Made by a program: the position numbers and the translations under genes. The notes beneath the pieces were generated by a model. The model made no database searches. It saw nothing but the letters and a program-made list of their open reading frames with translations, and had not been told where the DNA came from. From IMG/VR virus record IMGVR_UViG_3300028242_000098: DNA of 35,301 nt; one strand, given 5' to 3'. How positions within the stretch are numbered: position 1 is the first letter of the stretch; each line of letters begins with the position of its first letter. This document shows, in pieces, positions 18,977 through 28,395 of the stretch. Source of the stretch: a virus.

Positions 18977-19606
18977 TTAATCATTATGCCAAACGAATAG
19001 TTCACCTGCAACTAGGAAGGCATCTCCTTCGTTGGCAGTTGGATGTGCTGCAATTAGTTCTTCGAAAGTATCATAAGACCCGAGGATTACAGTCGCAGCA
19101 CCTGTATCTCCGGTGTCTCCTTTCTCTCCTTTACCTCCAAGACTTACTTGGAAACAATTGACATAATTGTATTCATCAGAGTCTGCAACAGGATGAAAAG
19201 CAAGGAACTCCCCGGCATTGTCAACAATAGCTCCATTTGGTGTCAGTTTGATTCTGTCACCAGCTTTAACAATTTGACCTGAAGCCAGTTTCAATCTGTA
19301 AAGTCCTCCGAGTAGTAGTACACTTCCTTTTCTCTCGCCGTTTGTCATTACAACCGGTTCATTGACAAGGACGCCGACAGGAACTTCTGTGTCGTCACCA
19401 GTGTATTTTCTGAGTGACTCCTTTCCTATTGCTGATTTGTCTGAAATACAGAGTATGTCGTCAACCATGCACTTATTGGAATACTCGTATCCAAGACTAC
19501 TACCAGATGTTGTTATTACATTATCGACTAATGTTTTAACTCCATCATCCAATAAGAAGGTAGTAATCTCCTTTCTTTCTTCCAATAAAACAATTGTATC
19601 ATTCAC
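18977..19606 (-). CDS. Decoration-protein paralogue B fused to a short collagen stub and truncated module
   Basis: N-terminal ~155 aa align with 12996..13496 (IVLLEERKEITTFLLD...GYEYS...RLKLASG...DRI...HPV..SD.YNY); then [13 protein letters not shown] and ILGSYDTFEELIAAHPT...GELFVWHND. Confidence 0.8.
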   Translation of the reverse strand: MNDTIVLLEERKEITTFLLDDGVKTLVDNVITTSGSSLGYEYSNKCMVDDILCISDKSAIGKESLRKYTGDDTEVPVGVLVNEPVVMTNGERKGSVLLLGGLYRLKLASGQIVKAGDRIKLTPNGAIVDNAGEFLAFHPVADSDEYNYVNCFQVSLGGKGEKGDTGDTGAATVILGSYDTFEELIAAHPTANEGDAFLVAGELFVWHND

Positions 19607-20196
19607 ATTATCACATCGAATATATGGTTTCCTTTAACTGAAGGATTGCATTTGATATTGCAGCCGTTTTCACTGGCCAGATTGCAGAAGTATAAATCCT
19701 CTGACAATACTGAATCATCTTCGTAGGTTACGAACTTGAAATATGGATATGATAGCTTTTTAAAGATATCAACTTTAATCAGTGCAATTCCAAGTCCTCC
19801 ACCTTTGATTTCAATTGGCCTTGGCACTTCATGAATCATGGTCTGGCCAGTAATGCAGTTTTGATCATCGAAGTTTTTGCCGAAAGTGAATATCACTGTC
19901 TGATCTGTCTTTGTTCTTTTTCTGTAGTACCATCCAAGCGCAATATCTGACTCGCATTCCAATAGCTTGATTAAAGTGTCTTGAGGAAGCTGTATGTCTG
20001 AGTCCACCATCAGTACATAGTCATAGTTTCCGGCCATTGCGTTTTTGGCTATTTGATTTCTGGCCTTGGCACAGTCATAGCCTGAAACATAATCAAAGTA
20101 GAGAGTACAACTGTCAGGTCTTTTGAGTCCGTATATGCTTTTGAAGCATTCCGGTTTGATGGTCTCAAAGGTTGGAACTGCAATCAGTATCTTCAT
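19603..20196 (-). CDS. GT-A fold (family 2-like) glycosyltransferase
   Basis: MKILIAVP start; ARNQIA; YDYVLMVDSD DxD motif; GGGLGIALIKVDIF; SEDLYFC. Confidence 0.85.
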   Translation of the reverse strand: MKILIAVPTFETIKPECFKSIYGLKRPDSCTLYFDYVSGYDCAKARNQIAKNAMAGNYDYVLMVDSDIQLPQDTLIKLLECESDIALGWYYRKRTKTDQTVIFTFGKNFDDQNCITGQTMIHEVPRPIEIKGGGLGIALIKVDIFKKLSYPYFKFVTYEDDSVLSEDLYFCNLASENGCNIKCNPSVKGNHIFDVIM

Positions 20197-20477
20197 TCCT
20201 CACCCTCCAGTTTCTGGATTCTCTCCTCAAGTTCATTCAAATTAGTCTTATCCTCTTTGTCACATCTATACTGATACAAGTCAATTAATAGTACAATGAT
20301 GATGGCTAAAGCAAATGGTATTATGCCTTCCATTAAAGCATACTTTGTTGCATTATCCATTATGATGTTGATAGCTACGGCTGTTAAAACAGCACTTGAA
20401 ATTGTTTTGGTAAAGTTACAGATGATGATTTTCTTTTTTAAATCTTTCATAGAAATCAACTTAACAATATTCTCCAT
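20193..20477 (-). CDS. Two-TM membrane protein with C-terminal coiled coil (holin-like or accessory)
   Basis: Two hydrophobic segments; LNELEERIQKLE. Confidence 0.55.
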   Translation of the reverse strand: MENIVKLISMKDLKKKIIICNFTKTISSAVLTAVAINIIMDNATKYALMEGIIPFALAIIIVLLIDLYQYRCDKEDKTNLNELEERIQKLEGEE

Positions 20478-20483
20478 AAAAGC

Positions 20484-20753
20484 CTATTCCTTTTGAGGGT
20501 ATCCCAAAACTCTTTTAGCTTTCTTCTTTGCGTATTCAACATCCCCATCGCCTCTTATCCTACTTGCATAATGACTGGCTACGCCTAAAATAATCATTAG
20601 TATGCAGTAGGGAATGGTATTTTCTGTGATTCCTAAAGATTCTGAGTATAACATGATGATTGGTATAATGGTGACTAAAAATGAAGTTAATATGTCAATG
20701 TCTTTTCTGTTTCGCTCTAACCATTCATAAAGCAATGTTTTCCACCTCTTCAT
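20484..20753 (-). CDS. Probable holin (two TM helices, basic C-terminus)
   Basis: Two hydrophobic segments; C-terminal KKKAKR. Confidence 0.55.
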   Translation of the reverse strand: MKRWKTLLYEWLERNRKDIDILTSFLVTIIPIIMLYSESLGITENTIPYCILMIILGVASHYASRIRGDGDVEYAKKKAKRVLGYPQKE

Positions 20754-20892
20754 ATGATTTGTTTGTGTGGCTGAGTATTATGCCGTCAACACAAATCTTT
20801 TCTTCAGTCCTGTAGACTTCTTCCGCGTTTTCCTCTACGTTTATCCAATTTTCGTATTCTTCAAGGGTTTCAAAGTATTTGATGTATTTCAT
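20725..20892 (-). CDS. Acidic 55-aa protein MKYIKYFETLEEYENW...
   Basis: ATGA overlap with the stop of 20889..21086; fills the operon gap; below the track cutoff. Confidence 0.65.
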   Translation of the reverse strand: MKYIKYFETLEEYENWINVEENAEEVYRTEEKICVDGIILSHTNKSYEEVENIAL

Positions 20893-21086
20893 TGTGCCTC
20901 CCAAGTAATTGAATAGTACAATATGCCGTCTTCGATTTTAAACTCAATGATGGGTTTAACTGCATAAGGATAACCAGAGTCTACATATTTGGTGCCGTTC
21001 CAGTAGAACCAGTGGCCTGTGGCCTGGTCAATGTAAGGGCCTTTGTTTTCCAATGTTCCGACAAGCTTCCTTATAGTCATAATCAA
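20889..21086 (-). CDS. Small beta-rich fibre adaptor-like protein
   Basis: PYIDQATGHWFYWNG...DSG and FKIEDGILYY resemble short motifs flanking collagen in phage fibres; GAGG RBS and own promoter. Confidence 0.5.
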   Translation of the reverse strand: MIMTIRKLVGTLENKGPYIDQATGHWFYWNGTKYVDSGYPYAVKPIIEFKIEDGILYYSITWEAQ

Positions 21087-21146
21087 ACCTCACTAATGAT
21101 ATTATATTTTTTATTATATAATTTATTATATATTTTATTATTTCTT

Positions 21147-21914
21147 TTATATAAAATATACTTTTTCATTATCATCGCAACCGTCCCATTCCATGTAGAG
21201 TTTGTTGTCCTCCCATACGAATCTGACGTTATTGACAATAGCCACGTCCGGAAGTTCGCAATAAGTGACTCCGTCCTTGTCCTTGATATAATTGGCCTGT
21301 GCCATGATGTTGGACTCTGTCGGTACGATCATGTTTACCACATGAGTTATTTCATCCTGCTCGAAGCTGCAGTCTGCAAGATCAATGCAGTTCTGGGATT
21401 CAGGATACATTTCGATTTCAGACATCTGCCTGTATACTCGGATGTATTCTGCATGTTCTGTTTCATCAAGACCGACAATTGACAGCAGCCTTAGGTCATG
21501 GCCTTCACTTGGATTGCACAAGCCGTTTTTGTCAATGTAGATTCTGTCATTTGGATGAATCCTTACGTTTGGCTTTTTAAGTTTTAATCTGAATACATCA
21601 CCCAATACGGCTACAGTAACTAAAGTATGTCCTGAAGAGCGAACCTGAACCTTTCCTAATAAATAGCCAAATGCCAGTTCTCCTTCCTTGGCTTTTCTAA
21701 CTATTGTATGATTCATTGTTGATGATTCATCCAGTGTTACCATTTCACCTACTCTGCACTGGTCGGATGAAATCCAGGCAGTATATTCCTCATTAACATA
21801 TGTTCTCTCACCCTCGTCCAGCAGGCAGGCTATTACATCCATCTTTTCTTCATGGCTTAAACCTGTCGGATATCCACGCCCATGGCCAATTGTTTCTCTA
21901 TATTCTTCAATCAT
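21147..21914 (-). CDS. Decoration-protein paralogue C with C-terminal extension
   Basis: LLDEG...CRVGEMVTLDESS...VAVLGDVFRLKL...PNDRI aligns with paralogues A and B; extra ~90 aa ending RFVWEDNKLYM. Confidence 0.6.
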   Translation of the reverse strand: MIEEYRETIGHGRGYPTGLSHEEKMDVIACLLDEGERTYVNEEYTAWISSDQCRVGEMVTLDESSTMNHTIVRKAKEGELAFGYLLGKVQVRSSGHTLVTVAVLGDVFRLKLKKPNVRIHPNDRIYIDKNGLCNPSEGHDLRLLSIVGLDETEHAEYIRVYRQMSEIEMYPESQNCIDLADCSFEQDEITHVVNMIVPTESNIMAQANYIKDKDGVTYCELPDVAIVNNVRFVWEDNKLYMEWDGCDDNEKVYFI

Positions 21915-23099
21915 TTAGAACACCCAATCCCAATCTTTGTTTTTAATTTTATCTGGAATGTATAGTCCAGTATTTTCCATTGACTCATCATCAGCATCCC
22001 ACAATAGCTTGTTTCCTTTATATGCTTTGGGATATTCATGTTCTCCTTTGAATAATCTGATTCCAGTTTTAGTTTGTTTTTCAGTAACTGTAATCTCAGG
22101 AATTCCGTTAGCTGCAAATATGGGTGATGGGAATATCAATAGCCATTTCAGGTCAACATAATTGTATTGGTCAAAATCAGTTGTGGCGTACCATTCTGGT
22201 GAGATTTCAACTTCCGCGTAATTCTTTTGATATATTTTAGTTGGATTGTTACGGTTAAATCCTTCAAGATAATCTGATGAACTTGATGTTCCCTTACCTA
22301 CACGGCCATGTAAATGGTATTGTTTCCAATCTCCCTCATCATCACTGCCTGATGAATATGCATCAAATGAACTGGCCATTACTAATGTTTCTGCTCCGTC
22401 AAACATGCAATATGACTTGCTTCCACCAAAGTTCAGCCTTGTTGACTTTATATCTTCCCGATATGCTGTGAGATTAAAGTCGGACTGCACCATGATGCTT
22501 CCGCTTGTTGTTCCATGATATGTTGCATTATCATTAACTGTAACATTGCCTTTTATTCTTTTGAATCTGGCTACAGTAACACGACAGTTACTTAAAGACT
22601 GTCCTGAAGCGAATGTTGTAAATAATGATGTTGGTGAGCTGCCTTCAAGGCTTGGAACAAATCTGGCACGTAGAAATTTTCCATTATCTGTTGAGTCATT
22701 ATTGATACTTAAACCTGAGTAGTTCATGAAATATTGTGAGAATGTATCAGAGTTTGCATCAAACATTAACAGATCATTACCTGATGTTAATGTGCTTGAG
22801 AATGTGGTGTCATGAACTTCAAGGATCAGCTTTGTAGTTTCAGAAATTTTTCCAACAGGAACTCTAACAACAATAGCTGCACCTTGAGATCCATATTCTG
22901 GAATATACAAGACAGGACAGTTGGTTCCATCTTTTGTTTTAATCTTCAGATTTTTCAAATCACTTCTGAATGAACTGGCATGAGAGCTATCCAACAAGTT
23001 ATCTAAGAATATATAATCATAGTTGGATGAATAGCTGCCGCTTCTTTTTTGGTAATTACTCATTGCAATGTTAATCTGCAATTCTTTCATCAATGTCAT
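21915..23099 (-). CDS. Putative adhesin/receptor-binding protein (DUF2341-like N-terminus)
   Basis: FRSDLKNLKIKTKDG...VLYIPE...AIVVRVP resembles DUF2341; beta-rich body; C-terminal IRLFKGEHEYPKAYKGNKLLW. Confidence 0.5.
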   Translation of the reverse strand: MTLMKELQINIAMSNYQKRSGSYSSNYDYIFLDNLLDSSHASSFRSDLKNLKIKTKDGTNCPVLYIPEYGSQGAAIVVRVPVGKISETTKLILEVHDTTFSSTLTSGNDLLMFDANSDTFSQYFMNYSGLSINNDSTDNGKFLRARFVPSLEGSSPTSLFTTFASGQSLSNCRVTVARFKRIKGNVTVNDNATYHGTTSGSIMVQSDFNLTAYREDIKSTRLNFGGSKSYCMFDGAETLVMASSFDAYSSGSDDEGDWKQYHLHGRVGKGTSSSSDYLEGFNRNNPTKIYQKNYAEVEISPEWYATTDFDQYNYVDLKWLLIFPSPIFAANGIPEITVTEKQTKTGIRLFKGEHEYPKAYKGNKLLWDADDESMENTGLYIPDKIKNKDWDWVF

Positions 23100-23208
23100 A
23101 AATAATATTTTATTATCTTTTTTATATAAATAATATAATAATAAAAATAATATGGCATATCAAAAGGTCGTATCATCCTTTGAAAAAATTAGCATATAAA
23201 AATAAATA

Positions 23209-23268
23209 AAAATAACAGTCCCTCCCCATAACCGTTAGTTTAATTATAGAAAAAATTAATTTAAACCA
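23209..23268. repeat. ~60-bp diverged direct repeat, copy 1
   Basis: AAAATAACAGTC-N9-AACCGTTAGTTTAATTAT-AG-AAAAAATTAATTT; matches 24149-24208. Confidence 0.8.
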
Positions 23269-23368
23269 TCATGAATTTTACGAAGAATACGAACACCTCC
23301 CCAGAGATGAGAAAAATCAAAGCTTTAAAAAGAGCAAAAAAATACTTTTGAAAAAAAAAGATAAATTA

Positions 23369-23743
23369 TTATAAAAATTTTTTAGCTTCAATTATGAATT
23401 CTTCAGCCTGAATCAAACAATCAAAAGCTTCCTGTTTATCAAAATTTACTGAAAAATCATAACTGGATTTTCTTCTAAGTTTTTTAGCATTAGAATAATA
23501 AGTATAAACCTCTTGACTAAAATCCCCATCACGAACAAAATCCTTGCTGAACTGAGCCAATATAGTGTCATGTTTTTTGCTGATAAAATCATGAGTGAGC
23601 AATAATGCTTTAGCAGCATCAAACATTGCATAATATGAATGAGTAATAGAACCCCTATACTTTCCAGCATCATATAATATTTGTGCCATGCTCAACTCTT
23701 CAACTGCCAAATCCATAACACCATTAACCTCTTCAACATTCAT
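23369..23743 (-). CDS. HEPN-domain protein (COG1895-type), partner of MNT
   Basis: SYYAMFDAAKALL and LRRKSSYD (Rx4Y rather than Rx4H); coupled to MNT. Confidence 0.85.
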   Translation of the reverse strand: MNVEEVNGVMDLAVEELSMAQILYDAGKYRGSITHSYYAMFDAAKALLLTHDFISKKHDTILAQFSKDFVRDGDFSQEVYTYYSNAKKLRRKSSYDFSVNFDKQEAFDCLIQAEEFIIEAKKFL

Positions 23744-24045
23744 ATGGGAACACCTTCAGCCATAACGGTTTTAAGGAAACTATAATCTTTTGTCTTATTG
23801 AAATGATCTTCAGTCATGACATGAGGTGAAATAACCTCTTCCTTTTCAAGAATAAAATCAACAACAAGATTATCAATAATTGATTCCAACTCCCTGTTAT
23901 CATGATGAACAACAATCAAAATATCAATGTCAGATTCATCACCATCATCCCCACGTGCAACAGAACCAAACAAAACCATTCTAATAATTTCATCCGAATC
24001 AATAGCATCAGCAAACTCATGAGCAATTTCGATTCTATTATACAT
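23740..24045 (-). CDS. Minimal nucleotidyltransferase (MNT)
   Basis: VLFGSVARGDDGDESDIDIL; GGTGA RBS; own TATA box near 24105. Confidence 0.9.
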   Translation of the reverse strand: MYNRIEIAHEFADAIDSDEIIRMVLFGSVARGDDGDESDIDILIVVHHDNRELESIIDNLVVDFILEKEEVISPHVMTEDHFNKTKDYSFLKTVMAEGVPI

Positions 24046-24148
24046 TACACATCACCAAAAGATTAACAGTCAATTTTATAATAATTAATATTAACCTCAT
24101 CAATTATAAAACCTTTGAAACTACAACTTTGTGAAAAAAACAGGTAAT

Positions 24149-24208
24149 TAAAATAACAGTCACACCAGTAACCATTAGTTTAATTATCTAAAAAATTAAT
24201 TTTAACTA
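24149..24208. repeat. ~60-bp diverged direct repeat, copy 2
   Basis: AAAATAACAGTC-N8-AACCATTAGTTTAATTAT-CT-AAAAAATTAATTT. Confidence 0.8.
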
Positions 24209-24326
24209 TTCTTTGACCATGATGAGTTTGCCCATCGACGGATTCTTATAAACCTTACCTCATTAATAAATATTTATGTGATGGAATCATATATTGTCAT
24301 CATTCCATTAAATGATATCTTTTTCT

Positions 24327-24413
24327 TCATTCCTTGATTCCGCACATTCCCATCAAGTCACATGGACAGCCAAATACCACACAATAGCCATGATAATACC
24401 ATTTGCAAAACAT
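24327..24413 (-). CDS. Cys-rich 28-aa micro-protein MFCKWYYHGYCVVFGCPCDLMGMCGIKE
   Basis: GAGGTGTG RBS at 24423-24430; TATA box near 24476-24484; 5 Cys and 1 His. Confidence 0.5.
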   Translation of the reverse strand: MFCKWYYHGYCVVFGCPCDLMGMCGIKE

Positions 24414-24610
24414 TTTAAAATTCACACCTCTAACATTAATATCTTTTTTTAATGCTTAATAATGTTAATGTTCCTTTTATATATGCAGAAATTATAAATC
24501 AACTTGATTTTACCATTAATGCAAGATAAACATTATTGTTCATAAGTAAATTCAATTAACTGTAATAATTTGTAGTTAATTCCACCATATTCAACTCATG
24601 TTTTAAGCGA

Positions 24611-24941
24611 ACCAATTCGCCAGGCCGCAACCACGCCGACCGCAAGGGAGGCGTGTGTGGAGGCCTGGTGTAAAGAATTGGTGAGCATATATTATAGTGA
24701 GGAACCGACCCTAGCGGTCGGTTCGAGGTTAAGTTTTGTAAACGTGATTTTATTTTGCATTGGCATTCGTGGGCAATTAAAGGAGAGCTTGCCCTCCTTA
24801 ATTAGGCATTGAGGGTTTCAATGCAAGATATTATAGGAAGTGAAACACCACAAACACTTCCCTATATCTAATTCAATAACGAGCGTTTAACGAAGATTTA
24901 TAGCTCCGGTGTAAAAAGTATAAAACACCATCATAGCTATA
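24611..24941. other. Cluster of five hairpins, the first ~60% GC (structured RNA or ssDNA signal)
   Basis: Stems at 24611-24682, 24702-24724, 24755-24826, 24832-24866 and 24899-24941. Confidence 0.7.
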
Positions 24942-25902
24942 TTCTAGTTCTATTGAATCCCATATCCTTTAAGATTTTATTGTACTCTTCACGAGTGGTG
25001 AATGATGGAGCGTTTTCATCTTCACTTCCGCCAGTAGATCCGGTTTGGCCAGTTTCACCATCGTTTCCAGGTTTTCTACCACCTGGAGTGGAACCGTCAT
25101 TAGCTGCTTCAATTTTTATTCTTCTCTCAGCAAGCTTTTCCATAAGTTCCATATCAACGTCACCGGACAATAGCTTATCTATTATCTCTTTATCCTGAGC
25201 GTTTTCATTATAGTTGAAGTTGTACTTGGCTTCGTACTCTTTTATCTTGCGTTCATTTTCAGCTTTTCTAAGCTCAGACAATTCCTTTAATATATCATCT
25301 TTACTGTCAATGAATTCCTTATTCTCTTCAATAGCTTTTTTAATTTCTTCATATTTTTCAGACTCTTCTTTAAGAGCATTAATCTCTTCCTGAAGCTTTC
25401 CGATTTCAGCATCTTTACCCTGCAGTTTTTCCAATAATAAACTAGTGGCCACATTAGTTTCCTTGCTGGGTTGAGGCTGTGGAGCAGGTTCAGGATTTGG
25501 ATTTCCCGCAGCACCAGTTTCTCCGGTTATTTCAGAATTCAACAATCTAATTTTTCTAGGGTTTTTAGTAACTCCAACGTCTATTAAACTCATAGTATCA
25601 ATTCCAAATGAATCTCCTTTATCCTTTAATAAGACATCAACTTTAGGAGATAGGCCTTTCCCGTCCATATCCAGTTCATCCGGAATTTCAATGAATAGCT
25701 TTCCTTCCTCGTATTCAATATTATTTCCAATACCCACATAGATATTGTCATGTTCAGAAGTTAATGGAATTCCTCCACGATAGTTTTCAGCTATTAGCTT
25801 TAGATCATCTTCAGTCCAGTTCACCGGTTTTGTCAGGCGATTATCCAAGTCGGAATAATCATATGATCCTACTTCAAAAAGTTCATGTCTCATAGTTATC
25901 AC
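24937..25902 (-). CDS. Prohead protease/scaffold fusion
   Basis: N-terminal PLTSEH...GLSP...DVGVTKNP resembles Mu-type/HK97 prohead proteases (His, Ser); Pro-rich linker; acidic coiled-coil C-terminal domain. Confidence 0.7.
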   Translation of the reverse strand: MITMRHELFEVGSYDYSDLDNRLTKPVNWTEDDLKLIAENYRGGIPLTSEHDNIYVGIGNNIEYEEGKLFIEIPDELDMDGKGLSPKVDVLLKDKGDSFGIDTMSLIDVGVTKNPRKIRLLNSEITGETGAAGNPNPEPAPQPQPSKETNVATSLLLEKLQGKDAEIGKLQEEINALKEESEKYEEIKKAIEENKEFIDSKDDILKELSELRKAENERKIKEYEAKYNFNYNENAQDKEIIDKLLSGDVDMELMEKLAERRIKIEAANDGSTPGGRKPGNDGETGQTGSTGGSEDENAPSFTTREEYNKILKDMGFNRTRI

Positions 25903-26299
25903 AATTTTATTATATTAATTATTATATATTTTATTACTTATTTTATATAAATCTTTATTATATTTTTAGTGTGATAGCAGAGGAAAAATATTAAAAAAAA
26001 TAAGTTGCCAAATTAATTTTAATTTCAAGAAATGTTTTAAAAATTATGAATCAGAAAAAAATATCATGAATTTTTAGACATAAAAAAAACAAAGTTGTAA
26101 AAACAGTATAGGGAAAATTATAATTATTTTCATGAATTATTGAAGAACCCACATACCACCCAATTCGCCCCTCGTCGAGACAAGGATATATAGGCTGAAC
26201 TTCTAATGAAGTTTTTACCTTCAAATAAACAATGTAAATATGATATCTCCATCCTTTAATAAAAAATGAAAATAATTTAGGTACAATTAAAAAAAGAAT

Positions 26300-26449
26300 T
26301 TAATGAATATATTTAATCTTTTTAAATACCTCATCAGCTCTTTTTAATGATTCTACCTCTTTTGGTGTTGACGGAGAATTTAATTTTTCAATGAATCTTT
26401 TTGCATCGATACCATCTAATGTTGGTGTAGCATTTACTTTACTTGCCAT
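26300..26449 (-). CDS. 49-aa partner (putative antitoxin) of the GNAT, MASKVNATPTLDGIDAKRFIEKLNSP...
   Basis: GGAGG RBS; directly downstream of the GNAT; TPxLxGxDAxxF pattern. Confidence 0.7.
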   Translation of the reverse strand: MASKVNATPTLDGIDAKRFIEKLNSPSTPKEVESLKRADEVFKKIKYIH

Positions 26450-26517
26450 GATTTACATCCTCCATATTTTAACTATTATATTAAATAGTATATTGCACTT
26501 TATTTAAATATATTGTG

Positions 26518-27030
26518 CTAGTTTAATTTTTCACAGATATCCCTATACATAGGAATATTCCTTCTATTTTTCTTATTTACAGATTCCAATTCTACAAATT
26601 GATTGTGATTATAGAAGTTTACAGTTTTGGTGTTATTATATGCATCAACTGAAACAAATCTAATACCAATTTCATTTCCTAAATTTCTGCAAAACCCAAC
26701 AACCCAATCTATCATTAAACTTCCAATATGCTGGTTTTGAAATTCCTTAGACACCGCCAACCTACCAATTTTAATTGCAGGATATTGAGGATATTGGATT
26801 TTAAGTTTTTCATTAATTTTAATTGAATCTGCAGATAATGAAAAAAATCCAACAACATCCTCCTCATAGATACATAAAAATATTGTGCAAAGATTATTCT
26901 TAATATTTTCAACGGAATCTTTTAATAGGAATTCATTTAAATCTTCGTCACCACAATCAAAATCAATTGTTTTTAACTGTTCTAAGTTAGTTTTAACAAT
27001 TTTTAAGTTATCTATATTGGAAATTTTCAT
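26518..27030 (-). CDS. GNAT acetyltransferase (TA-type toxin-like)
   Basis: FDCGDEDLNEFL; YPAIKIGRLAVSKEFQNQHIG acetyl-CoA motif; FVSVDAY...FY. Confidence 0.88.
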   Translation of the reverse strand: MKISNIDNLKIVKTNLEQLKTIDFDCGDEDLNEFLLKDSVENIKNNLCTIFLCIYEEDVVGFFSLSADSIKINEKLKIQYPQYPAIKIGRLAVSKEFQNQHIGSLMIDWVVGFCRNLGNEIGIRFVSVDAYNNTKTVNFYNHNQFVELESVNKKNRRNIPMYRDICEKLN

Positions 27031-27087
27031 GTATAATATATTAGATAAAATAATATTTAAAGATACTTATGAAATAAATATTTCACA

Positions 27088-28395
27088 TTATATTTCAACA
27101 CCACTATCAGTCAGAATCCTTTCACCGACAGGTTGTTCCTCTTCAAAGTTACTGAGATAGTTTTTATATATCTCATCCCCTTCAGAAGACAATTCCATAA
27201 TATATCTTAAAACGTCATCTCTTGAATAGCTAAAGTAAACATCTAAAGTTTCGCTGATGCCCATTAACTCCAACTGCATATTCAATAATTGATTGCAATA
27301 CTTTAACACCCATTTCTGGTCATTGGCCACATTAACAATGAAACCTGTAATAGCTGAATCGTTAATGTACTCCGCCACGTTCTGATTAGATTTCTCATTA
27401 CCTGCCTGTGACTGCGGTGTTACAAAAGTTCTTAAAATATTATTCCTGAAGATTTCGGTCTGTCTTGTATAGTCTGACTGGTAGTTGTTACCCCCGAGTA
27501 TTTTACTTTCAATTCCTGGCGGTACAATAGCTACGTTTGAATCAGCTGTTGTTCCGTAATCTGCATAAAGATTTTCTTTTGCAGTAGATGAAAGTTCTGT
27601 AACAATAGGTTGACCGTTTGAATCAAGTGATGGTTTTACTTCAATGATATTGTCCTTATTAATACGCTCAACTTGATTACGCTCCAAATTGCACTTGTGG
27701 TATATATCATCAAGACAATTAAGGATAATAGATTGAGCTTCACAGTAGATTTCATTGTACATGAAGTTAATTACCTCTTCAGGTTCGTACTTTACAGTCA
27801 ATGTTCCCTCCTCAACGCTGACATAATTATCGAACTCCTCCGGAGATCCGTTAACAATATCTTTAGGCATCTCATGCAAGTAAAGCTCGACTTCATTGTC
27901 ATCGTTGAATTCCTTTTTCAATCCATAGCCATGAGCCCCGATTTCCAAAAATATAGGTTTGATATATTTGCCGATGGATTTATCCCATCTCTCTACAGGT
28001 TTAATTAATCCTTCCCCATCGACCATTCCAGCCTGCAGGATGTTTTTAGCAACTTGTGATATGTCAATTTTTCTTGCCCATAAAATCAAAGTCAGTTTCT
28101 GTTCAGCAGATAATTTGTTTTCCTTATCCACCAATACAATATTTACATTTGCCTTATCGATTCTGTTTTTCAAAACACCTGAAGTGTAACCGTCAAGCTT
28201 AACAGCATAACGAGCATTGGCTATTGTCTTGTTAATTACCGGCGGCAGCGCATCGACAAGGTCAAGGCCGGTGTTTATCCCATCAGTCCTAGGTTGCCTT
28301 TCATTTTCGCCCCAATAGCTGCGCCTGGTGTTGTACTGTTCCACACGGTTGTTGAGTAATCTGGTTTTTATAAAAGAGGTTATTCCCATAAACAA
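27088..28395 (-). CDS. Probable portal protein
   Basis: 435 aa; first gene of the structural arm, upstream of the protease; helical pattern with AIVPPGIESKIL and RNNILRTFVTP typical of portal wing/stem regions. Confidence 0.7.
   Translation of the reverse strand: MFMGITSFIKTRLLNNRVEQYNTRRSYWGENERQPRTDGINTGLDLVDALPPVINKTIANARYAVKLDGYTSGVLKNRIDKANVNIVLVDKENKLSAEQKLTLILWARKIDISQVAKNILQAGMVDGEGLIKPVERWDKSIGKYIKPIFLEIGAHGYGLKKEFNDDNEVELYLHEMPKDIVNGSPEEFDNYVSVEEGTLTVKYEPEEVINFMYNEIYCEAQSIILNCLDDIYHKCNLERNQVERINKDNIIEVKPSLDSNGQPIVTELSSTAKENLYADYGTTADSNVAIVPPGIESKILGGNNYQSDYTRQTEIFRNNILRTFVTPQSQAGNEKSNQNVAEYINDSAITGFIVNVANDQKWVLKYCNQLLNMQLELMGISETLDVYFSYSRDDVLRYIMELSSEGDEIYKNYLSNFEEEQPVGERILTDSGVEI

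Noticed and set aside
21012-21482. 156-aa + strand ORF, and similar antisense track ORFs within terS, MCPs, portal, scaffold and adhesins
   Set aside because: They overlap better-supported genes on the opposite strand or frame and lack RBS and motifs.
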